In this document: piece after piece, positions 54,714 to 54,891 of the stretch
How positions within the stretch are numbered: the first letter of the stretch is position 1
Layout: every line of letters starts with the position of its first letter
Assembly: GCA_964464245.1 (NCBI GenBank)
Contig: CAYXFH010000145.1
Span: forward strand, 1-54,891
DNA: 54,891 bases
Direction: 5' to 3'
Source: an uncultured bacterium
GTDB lineage: Bacteria; Caldisericota; JANLFM01
The notes under the pieces: generated by a model
What the model saw: the letters and a program-made list of their open reading frames with translations, nothing else
The model's database searches: none
What the model was told of the DNA's origin: nothing
Made by a program: the position numbers and the translations under genes

Positions 54714-54891
54714 ACCCGCAGAGAGCGAGAAAGTTCTCTAGCGCTTCTTGCTGACCTTTGAACTCCGCTGTCTCCTCGCGCTGTTGAATGGCCCTCCGGT
54801 ACTCGTGTAACGCGTGAGCACAAGCGCTGTCCACGCCTTCCTGCTCGACTTGGGCGATGAGGTATTTATAGACCAGTCGCCAAGACTCCGC
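54676..54891 (-). CDS. C-terminal fragment of an unidentified protein (gene enters from the right edge)
   Basis: My own translation of the minus strand gives an open frame from the window edge to TAG at 54678..54676: AESWRLVYKYLIAQVEQEGVDSACAHALHEYRRAIQQREETAEFKGQQEALENFLALCGFDERTIEASQSE. I recognise no family. Confidence 0.4.
   Translation of the reverse strand, partial: AESWRLVYKYLIAQVEQEGVDSACAHALHEYRRAIQQREETAEFKGQQEALENFLALCGFDERTIEASQSE

Overview
This 54.9-kb window is densely coding. I call about 56 protein genes and 3 tRNAs, and all but one gene are on the minus strand. Many neighbours overlap by 1-4 nt (ATGA or TAATG junctions).

The right two thirds (about 20-52 kb) is housekeeping backbone with Firmicutes-like synteny blocks joined end to end. 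These are glmU-prs-ctc(L25)-pth-mfd-mazG(yabN-like), rpsF-ssb-rpsR-rplI-dnaB, and rimP-nusA-ylxR-infB-DUF503-rbfA-nrnA-truB-ribF-rpsO-pnp-dut-udg-rnj-ftsK.

The left arm (1-12.3 kb) looks accessory. A GntR regulator and a secreted thiaminase-I-like protein head a co-directional cluster. It holds a three-subunit molybdenum hydroxylase with split gene order, an amidohydrolase, a class-III aminotransferase, a nitroreductase, a cyclase/formamidase-like protein, an orphan DUF1116 protein, RidA, and the start of an ABC importer. I read this as a candidate uncharacterised N-heterocycle (possibly thiamine-pyrimidine) catabolic island.

Next come a convergent aldo-keto reductase/DinB pair and a BMP-type ABC importer whose binding protein is SLH-anchored.

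The most unusual sequence-level signal is short GC-rich repeats embedded in frame inside essential genes:
- An 18-nt unit (AGCCCCCGGCAGCATGAC) is tandemly amplified at the start of the mazG-like gene and recurs in mfd, pth and prs.
- A 22/34-bp perfect palindrome (GGGGCGACGCATGCGTCGCCCC) occurs twice in the 3' part of rnj.
- A 41-bp perfect palindrome sits at the junction of a CDP-alcohol phosphatidyltransferase::CofE-like fusion ORF.

Other oddities are a glmU lacking most of its acetyltransferase domain, a ribF with a degenerate kinase module, and tandem asparaginase paralogues bracketed by tRNAs.

All family assignments rest on motif recognition by eye from the translations. No database search was possible.
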